In this document: in pieces, positions 25,071 to 40,800 of the stretch
How positions within the stretch are numbered: the first letter of the stretch is position 1
Layout of the letters: each line of letters begins with the position of its first letter
Source: Leptogorgia sarmentosa
Lineage: Eukaryota
Direction of reading: 5' to 3'
Assembly (NCBI GenBank): GCA_964658305.1
Contig: OZ210885.1
Span: 14,136,001-14,200,000, forward strand
Length of the DNA: 64,000 nt
The notes under the pieces: generated by a model
Told to the model about the DNA's origin: nothing
Databases searched by the model: none
Seen by the model: only the letters and a program-made list of their open reading frames with translations
Program-made: the position numbers and the translations under genes

Positions 25071-28000
25071 ACGCCACAAGGTCAATGACTCAAAAAAACA
25101 AAATTGTTTCTTCATATATCACTGTTATGAAGGGTGTTTGAGAAGTTGGTTTAAATATAGCAAAATTTAACCAACCCTGACAAATTAAACGCCACATCGT
25201 CAATGACTCAAAAAAACAAGGTTGCTTGTTCATATATCACTGTTATGAAGGGTGTTAGAGAAGTTGGTTTAAATATAGCAAAATTTCGCCACATTGAACC
25301 AACCTTGATAAATTAAACGCCACATCGTCAATGGCTCAAAAAAACAAGGTTGCTTCTTCGTATATCACTGTTATGAAGGGTGTTAGAGAAGTTGGTTAAA
25401 TTATAGCAAAATTTCACCACATTTATCCAACCTTGATAAATTAAACGCCACATCGTCAATGACTCAAAAAAACAAGGTTGCTTCTTCATATAACACTGTT
25501 ATGAAGGGTGTTAGAGAAGTAGGTTAAATTATAGCAAAATTTGACCACATTCGTCCAACCTTGATAAATTAAACGCCACATCGTCAACTACTCAAAAAAC
25601 AAGGTTGCTTATTCAGATATCACTGTTATTAACGGTTTTAGAGAACTTTGTTTAAATATAGCCAAATTGCACCACATTTAAGCAACCTTGATAAATTAAA
25701 CGCCACATCGTCAATGACTAAAAAAACAAGGTTGCTTTTTTATGAAGGGTGTTAGAGAAGTTGGTTAAATTATAGCAAAATTTCACCACATTTATCCAAC
25801 CTTGATAAATTAAACGCCACATCGTCAATGACTCAAAAAAACAACGTTGTTTCTTCATATATCACTGTTACGAACGGTGTTAGAGAAGTTGGTTTAAATA
25901 TAGCAAAATTTCACCACATTTAACCAACCCTGACAAATTAAACGCCACATCGTCAATGACTCAAAAAAACAAGTTTGCTTCTTCATATAACACTGTTATG
26001 AAAAGTGTTGGAGAAGTTGGTTAAATTATAGCAAAATTTCACCACATTTAACCAACCTTGATAAATTGAACACCACATCATCAATGAATCAAAAAACAAG
26101 GTTGCTTCTTCATATATCACTGTTATTAACGGTGTTAGAGAAGTTGGTTTATAGCAAAATTTCACCACATTTAACCAACCTTGATAAATTAAACGCCACA
26201 TCATCAATGACTCAAAAAAACAAGGTTGCTTTTTTATGAAAGGTGTTAGAGAAGTTGGTTAAATTATAGCAAAATTTCACCACATTTAACCAACCTTGAT
26301 AAATTAAACGCCACATCGTCAATGACTAAAAAAAACAAGGTTGCTTTTTTATGAAAGCTGTTAGAGAAGTTGGTTAAATTATAGCAAAATTTCACCACAT
26401 TTATCAAACCTTGATAAATTAAACGCCACATTGTCAATGACTCAAAAAACAAGGTTGCTTCTTCATATATCACTGTTATTAATGGTGTTAGAGAAGTTGG
26501 TTTATAGCAAAATTTCACCACATTTAACCAACGTTGATAAATTAAACGCCACATCATCAATGACTCAAAAAAACAAGGTTGCTTTTTTATGAAGGGTGTT
26601 AGAGAATTTGGGTAAATTATAGCAAAATTTCACCACATTTATCCAACCTTGATAAATTAAACGCCACTTTGTCAATGACTCAAAAAACAAGGTTGCTTCT
26701 TCATATATCACTGTTATTAATGGTGTTAGAGAAGTTGGTTTATAGCAAAACATCACCACAGTTAACCAACCTTAATCAATTAAACGCCATATCATCAATG
26801 ACTAAAAAAAACAAGGTTGCTTCTTCATATAACACTGTTATGAAGGGTGTTAGAGAAGTTGGTTAAATTATAGCAAAATTTCACCACATTTAACCAACCT
26901 TGATAAATTAAACGCCACATCGTCAATGACTCAAAAAAACAAGGTTGCTTTTTTATGAAGGGTGTTAGAGAATTTGGGTAAATTATAGCAAAATTTCACC
27001 ACATTTAACCAACCTTGATAAATTAAACGCCACATTGTCAATGACTAAAAAAAACAAGGTTGCTTTTTTATGAAGGGTGTTAGAGAAGTTGGTTAAATTA
27101 TAGCAAAATTTCACCACATTTAACCAACCTTGATAAATTAAATGCCACATTGTGAATGACTCAAAAAAACAAGGTTGCTTCTTCATATATCACTGTTATG
27201 AAGGGTGTTAGAGAAGTTGGTTTAAATAAAGCAACATTTCACCACATTTAACCAACCTTGATAAATTAAACGCCACATTGTCAATGACTCAAAAAACAAG
27301 GTTGCTTCTTCACATATCACTGTTACTAACGGTGTAAGAGAAGTTGGTTTATAGCAAAATATCACCACATTTAACCAACCTTGATAAATTAAATGCCACA
27401 TCATCAATGACTAAAAAAAACAAGGTTACTTCTTCATATAACACTGTTATGAAGGGTGTTAGAGAAGTTGGTTAAATTATAGCAAAATTTCACCACATTT
27501 ATCCAACCTTGATAAATTAAACGCCACACTGTGAATGACTAAAAAAAACAAGGTTGCTTCTTCATATATCACTGTTATGAAGGGTGTTAGAGAAGTTGGT
27601 TTAAATATAGCAAAATTTCACCACATTTAACCAACCTTGATCAATTAAACGCCACATTGTCAATGACTCAAAAAAACAAGGTTGCTTTTTTATGAAAGGT
27701 GTTAGAGAAGTTGGTTAAATTATAGCAAAATTTCACCACATTTAACCAACCTTGATAAATTAAATGCCACATCGTCAATGACTAAAAAAAACAAGGTTGC
27801 TTTTTTATGAAAGGTGTTAGAGAAGTTGGTTAAATTATAGCAAAATTTCACAATATTTATCAAACCTTGATAAATTAAATGCCACATTGTCAATGACTCA
27901 AAAAACAAGGTTGCTTCTTCATATATCACTGTTATTAACAGTGTTAGAGTAGTTGGTTTATAGCAAAATTTCACCACATTTAACCAACCTTGATAAATTA

Positions 28001-29439
28001 AACGCCACATCATCAATGACTCAAAAAAACAAGGTTGCTTTTTTATGAAGGGTGTTAGAGAATTTGGGTGAATTATAGCAAAATTTCACCACATTTATCC
28101 AACCTTGATAAATTAAACGCCACTTTGTCAATGACTCAAAAAAACAAGGTTGCTTCTTCATATATCACTGTTATGAAGGGTGTTGGAGAAGTTGGTTAAA
28201 TTATAGCAAAATTTCACCACATTTAACCAACCTTGATAAATTAAACGCCACACTGTGAATGACTCAAAAAAACAAGGTTGCTTCTTCATATATCACTGTT
28301 ATGAAGGGTGTTGGAGAAGTTGGTTAAATTATAGCAAAATTTCACCACATTTAACCAACCTTGATAAATTAAACGCCACACTGTGAATGACTAAAAAAAA
28401 CAAGGTTGCTTCTTCATATATCACTGTTATGAAGGGTGTTAGAGAAGTTGGTTTAAATATAGCAAAATTTCACCACATTTAACCAACCTTGATAAATTAA
28501 ACGCCACATTGTCAATGACTCAAAAAAACAAGGTTGCTTTATTATGAAGGGTGTTAGAGAATTTGGGTAAATTATAGCAAAATTTCACCACATTTATCCA
28601 ACCTTGATAAATTAAGCGCCACTTTGTCAATGACTCAAAAAACAAGGTTGCTTCTTCATATATCACTGTTATTAACAGTGTTAGAGAAGTTGGTTTAAAT
28701 ATAGCAAAATTTCACCACATTTAACCAACCTTGATAAATTAAACGCCACATTGTCAATGACTCAAAAAACAAGGTTGCTTCTTCACATATCACTGTTACT
28801 AACGGTGTAAGAGAAGTTGGTTTATAGCAAAATATCACCACATTTAACCAGCCTTGATAAATTAAACGCCACATCGTCAATGACTAAAAAAAACAAGGTT
28901 GCTTGTTTATGAAAGGTGTTAGAGAAGTTGGTTAAATTATAGCAAAATTTCACCACATATATCCAACCTTGATAAATTAAACGGCACATTGTCAATGACT
29001 CAAAAAACAAGGTTGCTTCTTCATATATCACTGTTATGAAGGGTGTTGGAGAAGTTGGTTAAATTATAGCAAAATTTCACCACATTTAACCAACCTTGAT
29101 AAATTAAACGCCACACTGTGAATGACTAAAAAAAACAAGGTTGCTTCTTCATATATCACTGTTATGAAGGGTGTTAGAGAAGTATGTTTAAATATAGCAA
29201 AATTTCACCACATTTAACCAACCTTGATCAATTAAACGCCACATTGTCAATGACTCAAAAAAACAAGGTTGCTTTTTTATGAAAGGTGTTAGAGAAGTTG
29301 GTTAAATTATAGCAAAATTTCACCACATTTATCAAACCTTGATAAATTAAATGCCACATTGTCAATGACTCAAAAAACAAGGTTGCTTCTTCATATATCA
29401 CTGTTATTAACGGTGTTAGACAAGTTGATTTAAATATAG

Positions 29440-31210
29440 CAAAATTTCACCACATTTAACCAACCTTGATAAATTAAACGCCACATCATCAATGACTCAA
29501 AAAAACAAGGTTGCTTTTTTATGAAGGGTGTTAGAGAATTTGGGTAAATTATAGCAAAATTTCACCACATTTATCCAACCTTGATAAATTAAACGCCACA
29601 TTGTCAATGACTCAAAAAACAAGGTTGCTTCTTCACATATCACTGTTACTAACGGTGTTAGAGAAGTTGGTTTATAGCAAAACATCACCACAGTTAACCA
29701 ACCTTAATCAATTAAACGCCATATCATCAATGACTAAAAAAAACAAGGTTGCTTCTTCATATAACACTGTTATGAAGGGTGTTAGAGAAGTTGGTTAAAT
29801 TATAGCAAAATTTCACCACATTTAACCAACCTTGATAAATTAAACGCCACATCGTCAATGACTCAAAAAAACAAGGTTGCTTTTTTATGAAGGGTGTTAG
29901 AGAATTTGGGTAAATTATAGCAAAATTTCACCACATTTATCCAACCTTGATAAATTAAACGCCACATTGTCAATGATTCAAAAAACAAGGTTGCTTCTTC
30001 ATATATCACTGTTATTAACAGTGTTAGAGAAGTTGGTTTAAATATAGCAAAATTTCACCACATTTAACCAACCTTGATAAATTAAACGCCACATTGTCAA
30101 TGACTCAAAAAAACAAGGTTGCTTCTTCATATATCACTGTTATGAAGGGTGTTGGAGAAGTTGGTTAAATTATAGCAAAATTTCACCACATTTAACCAAC
30201 CTTGATAAATTAAACGCCACACTGTGAATGACTAAAAAAAACAAGGTTGCTTCTTCATATATCACTGTTATGAAGGGTGTTAGAGAAGTTGGTTTAAATA
30301 TAGCAAAATTTCACCACATTTAACCAACCTTGATAAATTAAACGCCACATCATCAATGACTCAAAAAAACAAGGTTGCTTTTTTATGAAGGGTGTTAGAG
30401 AATTTGGGTAAATTATAGCAAAATTTCACCACATTTATCCAACCTTGATAAATTAAACGCCACATTGTCAATGACTCAAAAAACAAGGTTGCTTCTTCAC
30501 ATATCACTGTTACTAACGGTGTTAGAGAAGTTGGTTTATAGCAAAACATCACCACAGTTAACCAACCTTAATCAATTAAACGCCATATCATCAATGACTA
30601 AAAAAAACAAGGTTGCTTCTTCATATAACACTGTTATGAAGGGTGTTAGAGAAGTTGGTTAAATTATAGCAAAATTTCACCACATTTAACCAACCTTGAT
30701 AAATTAAACGCCACATCGTCAATGACTCAAAAAAACAAGGTTGCTTTTTTATGAAGGGTGTTAGAGAATTTGGGTAAATTATAGCAAAATTTCACCACAT
30801 TTATCCAACCTTGATAAATTAAACGCCACATTGTCAATGATTCAAAAAACAAGGTTGCTTCTTCATATATCACTGTTATTAACAGTGTTAGAGAAGTTGG
30901 TTTAAATATAGCAAAATTTCACCACATTTAACCAACCTTGATAAATTAAACGCCACATTGTCAATGACTCAAAAAAACAAGGTTGCTTCTTCATATATCA
31001 CTGTTATGAAGGGTGTTGGAGAAGTTGGTTAAATTATAGCAAAATTTCACCACATTTAACCAACCTTGATAAATTAAACGCCACACTGTGAATGACTAAA
31101 AAAAACAAGGTTGCTTCTTCATATATCACTGTTATGAAGGGTGTTGGAGAAGTTGGTTTAAATATAGCAAAATTTCACCACATTTAACCAACCTTGATAA
31201 ATTAAACGCC
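29440..31210. repeat. 864-bp higher-order repeat (7 monomers), 2 copies
   Basis: ORF pairs 29497/30361 and 29601/30465. Shared variant AATGATTCAAA at ~29972 and ~30836. Confidence 0.88.
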
Positions 31211-34200
31211 ACATTGTCAATGACTCAAAAAAACAAGGTTGCTTTTTTATGCAGGGTGTTAGAGAAGTTGGTTAAATTATAGCAAAATTTCACCACATTT
31301 AACCAACCTTGATAAATTAAATGCCACATCGTCAATGACTAAAAAAAACAAGGTTGCTTTTTTATGAAAGGTGTTAGAGAAGTTGGTTAAATTATAGCAA
31401 AATTTCACAATATTTATCAAACCTTGATAAATTAAATGCCACATTGTCAATGACTCAAAAAACAAGGTTGCTTCTTCATATATCACTGTTATTAACAGTG
31501 TTAGAGTAGTTGGTTTATAGCAAAATTTCACCACATTTAACCAACCTTGATAAATTAAACGCCACATCATCAATGACTCAAAAAAACAAGGTTGCTTTTT
31601 TATGAAGGGTGTTAGAGAATTTGGGTGAATTATAGCAAAATTTCACCACATTTATCCAACCTTGATAAATTAAACGCCACTTTGTCAATGACTCAAAAAA
31701 ACAAGGTTGCTTCTTCATATATCACTGTTATGAAGGGTGTTGGAGAAGTTGGTTAAATTATAGCAAAATTTCACCACATTTAACCAACCTTGATAAATTA
31801 AACGCCACACTGTGAATGACTAAAAAAAACAAGGTTGCTTCTTCATATATCACTGTTATGAAGGGTGTTAGAGAAGTTGGTTTAAATATAGCAAAATTTC
31901 ACCACATTTAACCAACCTTGATAAATTAAACGCCACATTGTCAATGACTCAAAAAAACAAGGTTGCTTTATTATGAAGGGTGTTAGAGAATTTGGGTAAA
32001 TTATAGCAAAATTTCACCACATTTATCCAACCTTGATAAATTAAGCGCCACTTTGTCAATGACTCAAAAAACAAGGTTGCTTCTTCATATATCACTGTTA
32101 TTAACAGTGTTAGAGAAGTTGGTTTAAATATAGCAAAATTTCACCACATTTAACCAACCTTGATAAATTAAACGCCACATTGTCAATGACTCAAAAAACA
32201 AGGTTGCTTCTTCACATATCACTGTTACTAACGGTGTAAGAGAAGTTGGTTTATAGCAAAATATCACCACATTTAACCAGCCTTGATAAATTAAACGCCA
32301 CATCGTCAATGACTAAAAAAAACAAGGTTGCTTGTTTATGAAAGGTGTTAGAGAAGTTGGTTAAATTATAGCAAAATTTCACCACATATATCCAACCTTG
32401 ATAAATTAAACGGCACATTGTCAATGACTCAAAAAACAAGGTTGCTTCTTCATATATCACTGTTATGAAGGGTGTTGGAGAAGTTGGTTAAATTATAGCA
32501 AAATTTCACCACATTTAACCAACCTTGATAAATTAAACGCCACACTGTGAATGACTAAAAAAAACAAGGTTGCTTCTTCATATATCACTTTATGAAGGGT
32601 GTTAGAGAAGTATGTTTAAATATAGCAAAATTTCACCACATTTAACCAACCTTGATCAATTAAACGCCACATTGTCAATGACTCAAAAAAACAAGGTTGC
32701 TTTTTTATGAAGGGTGTTAGAGAAGTTGGTTAAATTATAGCAAAATTTCACCACATTTAACCAACCTTGATAAATTAAATGCCACATCGTCAATGACTAA
32801 AAAAAACAAGGTTGCTTTTTTATGAAAGGTGTTAGAGAAGTTGGTTAAATTATAGCAAAATTTCACCACATTTATCAAACCTTGATAAATTAAATGCCAC
32901 ATTGTCAATGACTCAAAAAACAAGGTTGCTTCTTCATATATCACTGTTATTAACAGTGTTAGAGTAGTTGGTTTATAGCAAAATTTCACCACATTTAACC
33001 AACCTTGATAAATTAAACGCCACATCATCAATGACTCAAAAAAACAAGGTTGCTTTTTTATGCAGGGTGTTAGAGAAGTTGGTTAAATTATAGCAAAATT
33101 TCACCACATTTAACCAACCTTGATAAATTAAATGCCACATCGTCAATGACTAAAAAAAACAAGGTTGCTTTTTTATGAAAGGTGTTAGAGAAGTTGGTTA
33201 AATTATAGCAAAATTTCACAATATTTATCAAACCTTGATAAATTAAATGCCACATTGTCAATGACTCAAAAAACAAGGTTGCTTCTTCATATATCACTGT
33301 TATTAACAGTGTTAGAGTAGTTGGTTTATAGCAAAATTTCACCACATTTAACCAACCTTGATAAATTAAACGCCACATCATCAATGACTCAAAAAAACAA
33401 GGTTGCTTTTTTATGAAGGGTGTTAGAGAATTTGGGTGAATTATAGCAAAATTTCACCACATTTATCCAACCTTGATAAATTAAACGCCACTTTGTCAAT
33501 GACTCAAAAAAACAAGGTTGCTTCTTCATATATCACTGTTATGAAGGGTGTTGGAGAAGTTGGTTAAATTATAGCAAAATTTCACCACATTTAACCAACC
33601 TTGATAAATTAAACGCCACACTGTGAATGACTAAAAAAAACAAGGTTGCTTCTTCATATATCACTGTTATGAAGGGTGTTAGAGAAGTTGGTTTAAATAT
33701 AGCAAAATTTCACCACATTTAACCAACCTTGATAAATTAAACGCCACATTGTCAATGACTCAAAAAAACAAGGTTGCTTTATTATGAAGGGTGTTAGAGA
33801 ATTTGGGTAAATTATAGCAAAATTTCACCACATTTATCCAACCTTGATAAATTAAGCGCCACTTTGTCAATGACTCAAAAAACAAGGTTGCTTCTTCATA
33901 TATCACTGTTATTAACAGTGTTAGAGAAGTTGGTTTAAATATAGCAAAATTTCACCACATTTAACCAACCTTGATAAATTAAACGCCACATTGTCAATGA
34001 CTCAAAAAACAAGGTTGCTTCTTCACATATCACTGTTACTAACGGTGTAAGAGAAGTTGGTTTATAGCAAAATATCACCACATTTAACCAGCCTTGATAA
34101 ATTAAACGCCACATCGTCAATGACTAAAAAAAACAAGGTTGCTTGTTTATGAAAGGTGTTAGAGAAGTTGGTTAAATTATAGCAAAATTTCACCACATAT

Positions 34201-34860
34201 ATCCAACCTTGATAAATTAAACGGCACATTGTCAATGACTCAAAAAACAAGGTTGCTTCTTCATATATCACTGTTATGAAGGGTGTTGGAGAAGTTGGTT
34301 AAATTATAGCAAAATTTCACCACATTTAACCAACCTTGATAAATTAAACGCCACACTGTGAATGACTAAAAAAAACAAGGTTGCTTCTTCATATATCACT
34401 TTATGAAGGGTGTTAGAGAAGTATGTTTAAATATAGCAAAATTTCACCACATTTAACCAACCTTGATCAATTAAACGCCACATTGTCAATGACTCAAAAA
34501 AACAAGGTTGCTTTTTTATGAAGGGTGTTAGAGAAGTTGGTTAAATTATAGCAAAATTTCACCACATTTAACCAACCTTGATAAATTAAATGCCACATCG
34601 TCAATGACTAAAAAAAACAAGGTTGCTTTTTTATGAAAGGTGTTAGAGAAGTTGGTTAAATTATAGCAAAATTTCACCACATTTATCAAACCTTGATAAA
34701 TTAAATGCCACATTGTCAATGACTCAAAAAACAAGGTTGCTTCTTCATATATCACTGTTATTAACAGTGTTAGAGTAGTTGGTTTATAGCAAAATTTCAC
34801 CACATTTAACCAACCTTGATAAATTAAACGCCACATCATCAATGACTCAAAAAAACAAGG
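31200..34860. repeat. 1811-bp higher-order repeat (about 15 monomers), 2 copies
   Basis: ORF pairs 31277/33088, 32124/33935 and 32735/34546. A rare 2-bp deletion (TATCACTTTATG) is shared at ~32583 and ~34394. Confidence 0.9.
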
Positions 34861-37800
34861 TTGCTTTTTTATGAAGGGTGTTAGAGAATTTGGGTAAATT
34901 ATAGCAAAGTTTCACCACATTTATCCAACCTTGATAAATTAAACGCCACTTTGTCAATGACTCAAAAAACAAGGTTGCTTCTTCATATATCACTGTTATT
35001 AACAGTGTTAGAGAAGTTGGTTTAAATATAGCAAAATTTCACCACATTTAACCAACCTTGATAAATTAAACGCCACATTGTCAATGACTAAAAAAAACAA
35101 GGTTGCTTTTTTATGAAGGGTGTTAGAGAAGTTGGTTAAATTATAGCAAAATTTCACCACATTTAACCAACCTTGATAAATTAAATGCCACATTGTGAAT
35201 GACTCAAAAAAACAAGGTTGCTTCTTCATATATCACTGTTATGAAGGGTGTTAGAGAAGTTGGTTTAAATAAAGCAACATTTCACCACATTTAACCAACC
35301 TTGATAAATTAAACGCCACATTGTCAATGACTCAAAAAACAAGGTTGCTTCTTCACATATCACTGTTACTAACGGTGTAAGAGAAGTTGGTTTATAGCAA
35401 AATATCACCACATTTAACCAACCTTGATAAATTAAATGCCACATCATCAATGACTAAAAAAAACAAGGTTACTTCTTCATATAACACTGTTATGAAGGGT
35501 GTTAGAGAAGTTGGTTAAATTATAGCAAAATTTCACCACATTTATCCAACCTTGATAAATTAAACGCCACACTGTGAATGACTAAAAAAAAACAAGGTTG
35601 CTTCTTCATATATCACTGTTATGAAGGGTGTTAGAGAAGTTGGTTTAAATATAGCAAAATTTCACCACATTTAACCAACCTTGATCAATTAAACGCCACA
35701 TTGTCAATGACTCAAAAAAACAAGGTTGCTTTTTTATGCAGGGTGTTAGAGAAGTTGGTTAAATTATAGCAAAATTTCACCACATTTAACCAACCTTGAT
35801 AAATTAAATGCCACATCGTCAATGACTAAAAAAAACAAGGTTGCTTTTTTATGAAAGGTGTTAGAGAAGTTGGTTAAATTATAGCAAAATTTCACAATAT
35901 TTATCAAACCTTGATAAATTAAATGCCACATTGTCAATGACTCAAAAAACAAGGTTGCTTCTTCATATATCACTGTTATTAACAGTGTTAGAGTAGTTGG
36001 TTTATAGCAAAATTTCACCACATTAAACCAACCTTAATCAATTAAACGCCACATCATCAATGACTAAAAAAAACAAGGTTGCTTCTTCATATAACACTGT
36101 TATGAAGGGTGTTAGAGAAGTTGGTTAAATTATAGCAAAATTTCACCACATTTATCCAACCTTGATAAATTAAACGCCACACTGTGAATGACTAAAAAAA
36201 AACAAGGTTGCTTCTTCATATATCACTGTTATGAAGGGTGTTAGAGAAGTTGGTTTAAATATAGCAAAATTTCACCACATTTAACCAACCTTGATCAATT
36301 AAACGCCACATTGTCAATGACTCAAAAAAACAAGGTTGCTTTTTTATGCAGGGTGTTAGAGAAGTTGGTTAAATTATAGCAAAATTTCACCACATTTAAC
36401 CAACCTTGATAAATTAAATGCCACATCGTCAATGACTAAAAAAAACAAGGTTGCTTTTTTATGAAAGGTGTTAGAGAAGTTGGTTAAATTATAGCAAAAT
36501 TTCACAATATTTATCAAACCTTGATAAATTAAATGCCACATTGTCAATGACTCAAAAAACAAGGTTGCTTCTTCATATATCACTGTTATTAACAGTGGTA
36601 GAGAAGTTGGTTTATAGCAAAATATCACCACATTTAACCAACCTTAATCAATTAAACGCCACATCATCAATGACTAAAAAAAACAAGGTTGCTTCTTCAT
36701 ATAACACTGTTATGAAGGGTGTTAGAGAAGTTGGTTAAATTATAGCAAAATTTCACCACATTTAACCAACCTTGATAAATTAAACGCCACATCGTCAATG
36801 ACTCAAAAAAACAAGGTTGCTTTTTTATGAAGAGTGTTAGAGAATTTGGGTAAATTATAGCAAAATTTCACCACATTTATCCAACGTTGATAAATTAAAC
36901 GCCACATTGTCAATGACTCAAAAAACAAGGTTGCTTCTTCATATATCACTGTTATGAAGGGTGTCAGAGAAGTTGGTTTAAATAAAGCAACATTTCACCA
37001 CATTTAACCAACCTTGATAAATTAAACGCCACATTGTCAATGACTCAAAAAAACAAGGTTACTTCTTCATATAACACTGTTATGAAGGGTGTTAGAGAAG
37101 TTGGTTAAATTATAGCAAAATTTCACCACATTTAACCAACCTTGATAAATTAAACGGCACACTGTGAATGACTAAAAAAAACAAGGTTGCTTCTTCATAT
37201 ATCACTGTTATGAAGGGTGTTAGAGTAGTTGGTTTATAGCAAAATTTCACCACATTTAACCAACCTTGATAAATTAAACGCCACATCATCAATGACTCAA
37301 AAAAACTAGGTTGCTTTATTATGAAGGGTGTTAGAGAATTTGGGTAAATTATAGCAAAATTTCACCACATTTATCCAACCTTGATAAATTAAACGCCACT
37401 TTGTCAATGACTCAAAAAACAAGGTTGCTTCTTCATATATCACTGTTATTAACAGTGTTAGAGAAGTTGGTTTAAATATAGCAAAATTTCACCACATTTA
37501 TCAAACCTTGATAAATTAAATGCCACATTGTCAATGACTAAAAAAAACAAGGTTGCTTTTTTATGAAAGGTGTTAGAGAAGTTGGTTAAATTATAGCAAA
37601 ATTTCACCACATTTATCAAACCTTGATAAATTAAATGCCACATTGTCAATGACTCAAAAAACAAGGTTGCTTCTTCATATATCACTGTTATTAACAGTGT
37701 TAGAGTAGTTGGTTTATAGCAAAATTTCACCACATTTAACCAACCTTGATAAATTAAACGCCACATCATCAATGACTCAAAAAAACAAGGTTGCTTTTTT

Positions 37801-40800
37801 ATGAAGGGTGTTAGAGAATTTGGGTAAATTATAGCAAAATTTCACCACATTTATCCAACCTTGATAAATTAAACGCCACTTTGTCAATGACTCAAAAAAC
37901 AAGGTTGCTTCTTCATATATCACTGTTATTAACAGTGTTAGAGAAGTTGGTTTAAATATAGCAAAATTTCACCACATTTAACCACATTTAACCAACCTTG
38001 ATAAATTAAATGCCACATTGTCAATGACTCAAAAAAACAAGGTTGCTTCTTCATATATCACTGTTATGAAGGGTGTTGGAGAAGTTGGTTAAATTATAGC
38101 AAAATTTCACGACATTTAACCAACCTTGATAAATTAAATGCCACATGGTCAATGACTCAAAAAAACAAGGTTGCTTCTTCATATATCACTGTTATGAAGG
38201 GTGTTAGAGAAGTTGGTTAAAATATACCAAAATTTCACCACATTTAACCAACCTTGATAAATTAAATGCCACATCGTCAATGACTCAAAAAAACAAGGTT
38301 GCTTGTTCATATATCACTGTTATGAAGGGTGTTAGAGAAGTTCGTTAAAATATAGCAACATTTCGCCACATTGAACCAACCTTGATAAATTAAACGCCAC
38401 GTCGTCAATGGCTCAAAAAAACAAGGTTGCTTCTTCGTATATCACTGTTATGAAGGGTGTTAGAGAAGTTGGTTTAAATATAGCAAAATTTCACCACATT
38501 TAACCAACCTTGATAAATTAAACGCCACATCATCAATGACTCAAAAAAACAAGGTTGCTTTTTTATGAAGGGTGTTAGAGAATTTGGGTAAATTATAGCA
38601 AAATTTCACCACATTTATCCAACCTTGATAAATTAAACGCCACATTGTCAATGACTCAAAAAACAAGGTTGCTTCTTCACATATCACTGTTACTAACGGT
38701 GTTAGAGAAGTTGGTTTATAGCAAAACATCACCACATTTAACCAACCTTAATCAATTAAACGCCACATCGTCAATGACTCAAAAAAACAAGGTTGCTTTT
38801 TTATGAAGGGTGTTAGAGAATTTGGGTAAATTATAGCAAAATTTCACCACATTTATCCAACGTTGATAAATTAAACGCCACATTGTCAATGACTCAAAAA
38901 ACAAGGTTGCTTCTTCATATATCACTGTTATGAAGGGTGTCAGAGAAGTTGGTTTAAATAAAGCAACATTTCACCACATTTAACCAACCTTGATAAATTA
39001 AACGCCACATTGTCAATGAATCAAAAAAACAAGGTTACTTCTTCATATAACACTGTTATGAAGGGTGTTAGAGAAGTTGGTTAAATTATAGCAAAATTTC
39101 ACCACATTTAACCAACCTTGATAAATTAAACGGCACACTGTGAATGACTAAAAAAAACAAGGTTGCTTCTTCATATATCACTGTTATGAAGGGTGTTAGA
39201 GTAGTTGGTTTATAGCAAAATTTCACCACATTTAACCAACCTTGATAAATTAAACGCCACATCATCAATGACTCAAAAAAACTAGGTTGCTTTATTATGA
39301 AGGGTGTTAGAGAATTTGGGTAAATTATAGCAAAATTTCACCACATTTATCCAACCTTGATAAATTAAACGCCACTTTGTCAATGACTCAAAAAACAAGG
39401 TTGCTTCTTCATATATCACTGTTATTAACAGTGTTAGAGAAGTTGGTTTAAATATAGCAAAATTTCACCACATTTATCAAACCTTGATAAATTAAATGCC
39501 ACATTGTCAATGACTAAAAAAAACAAGGTTGCTTTTTTATGAAGGGTGTTAGAGAAGTTGGTTAAATTAGAGCAAAATTTCACCACATTTAACCAACCTT
39601 GATAAATTAAATGCCACATTGTGAATGACTCAAAAAAACAAGGTTGCTTCTTCATATATCACTGTTATGAAGGGTGTTAGAGAAGTTGGTTTAAATAAAG
39701 CAACATTTCACCACATTTAACCAACCTTGATAAATTAAACGCCACATCATCAATGACTCAAAAAAACAAGGTTGCTTTTTTATGAAGGGTGTTAGAGAAT
39801 TTGGGTAAATTATAGCAAAATTTCACCACATTTATCCAACCTTGATAAATGAAACGCCACATTGTCAATGACTCAAAAAACAAGGTTGCTTCTTCATATA
39901 TCACTGTTATGAAGGGTGTTAGAGAAGTTGGTTAAATTATAGCAAAATTTCACCACATTTAACCAACCTTAATAAATTAAACGCCACATTGTCAATGACT
40001 CAAAAAACAAGGTTGCTTCTTCATATATCACTGTTATTAATGGTGTTAGAGAAGGTGGTTTAAATATAGCAAAATTTCACCACATTTAACCAACCTTGAT
40101 AAATTAAACGCCACATCATCAATGACTCAAAAAACAAGGTTGCTTCTTCATATATCACTGTTATGAAGGGTGTTAGAGAAGTTGGTTAAATTATAGCAAA
40201 ATTTCACCACATTTAACCAACCTTAATAAATTAAACGCCACATTGTCAATGACTCAAAAAACAAGGTTGCTTCTTCATATATCACTGTTATTAATGGTGT
40301 TGGAGAAGTTGGTTTAAATATAGCAAAATTTCACCACATTTAACCAACCTTGATAAATTAAACGCCACATCATCAATGACTCAAAAAACAAGGTTGCTTC
40401 TTCATATATCACTGTTATGAAGGGTGTTAGAGAAGTTGGTTAAATTATAGCAAAATTTCACCACATTTAACCAACCTTAATAAATTAAACGCCACATTGT
40501 CAATGACTCAAAAAACAAGGTTGCTTCTTCATATATCACTGTTATTAATGGTGTTGGAGAAGTTGGTTTAAATATAGCAAAATTTCACCACATTTAACCA
40601 ACCTTGATAAATTAAACGCCACGTCATCAATGACTCAAAAAACAAGGTTGCTTCTTCATATATCACTGTTATTAACGGTGTTAGAGAAGTTGGTTTATAG
40701 CAAAATTTCACCACATTTAACCAACCTTGATAAATTAAACGCCACATCGTCAATGACTCAAAAAAACAAGGTTGCTTTTTTATGAAAGGTGTTAGAGAAG

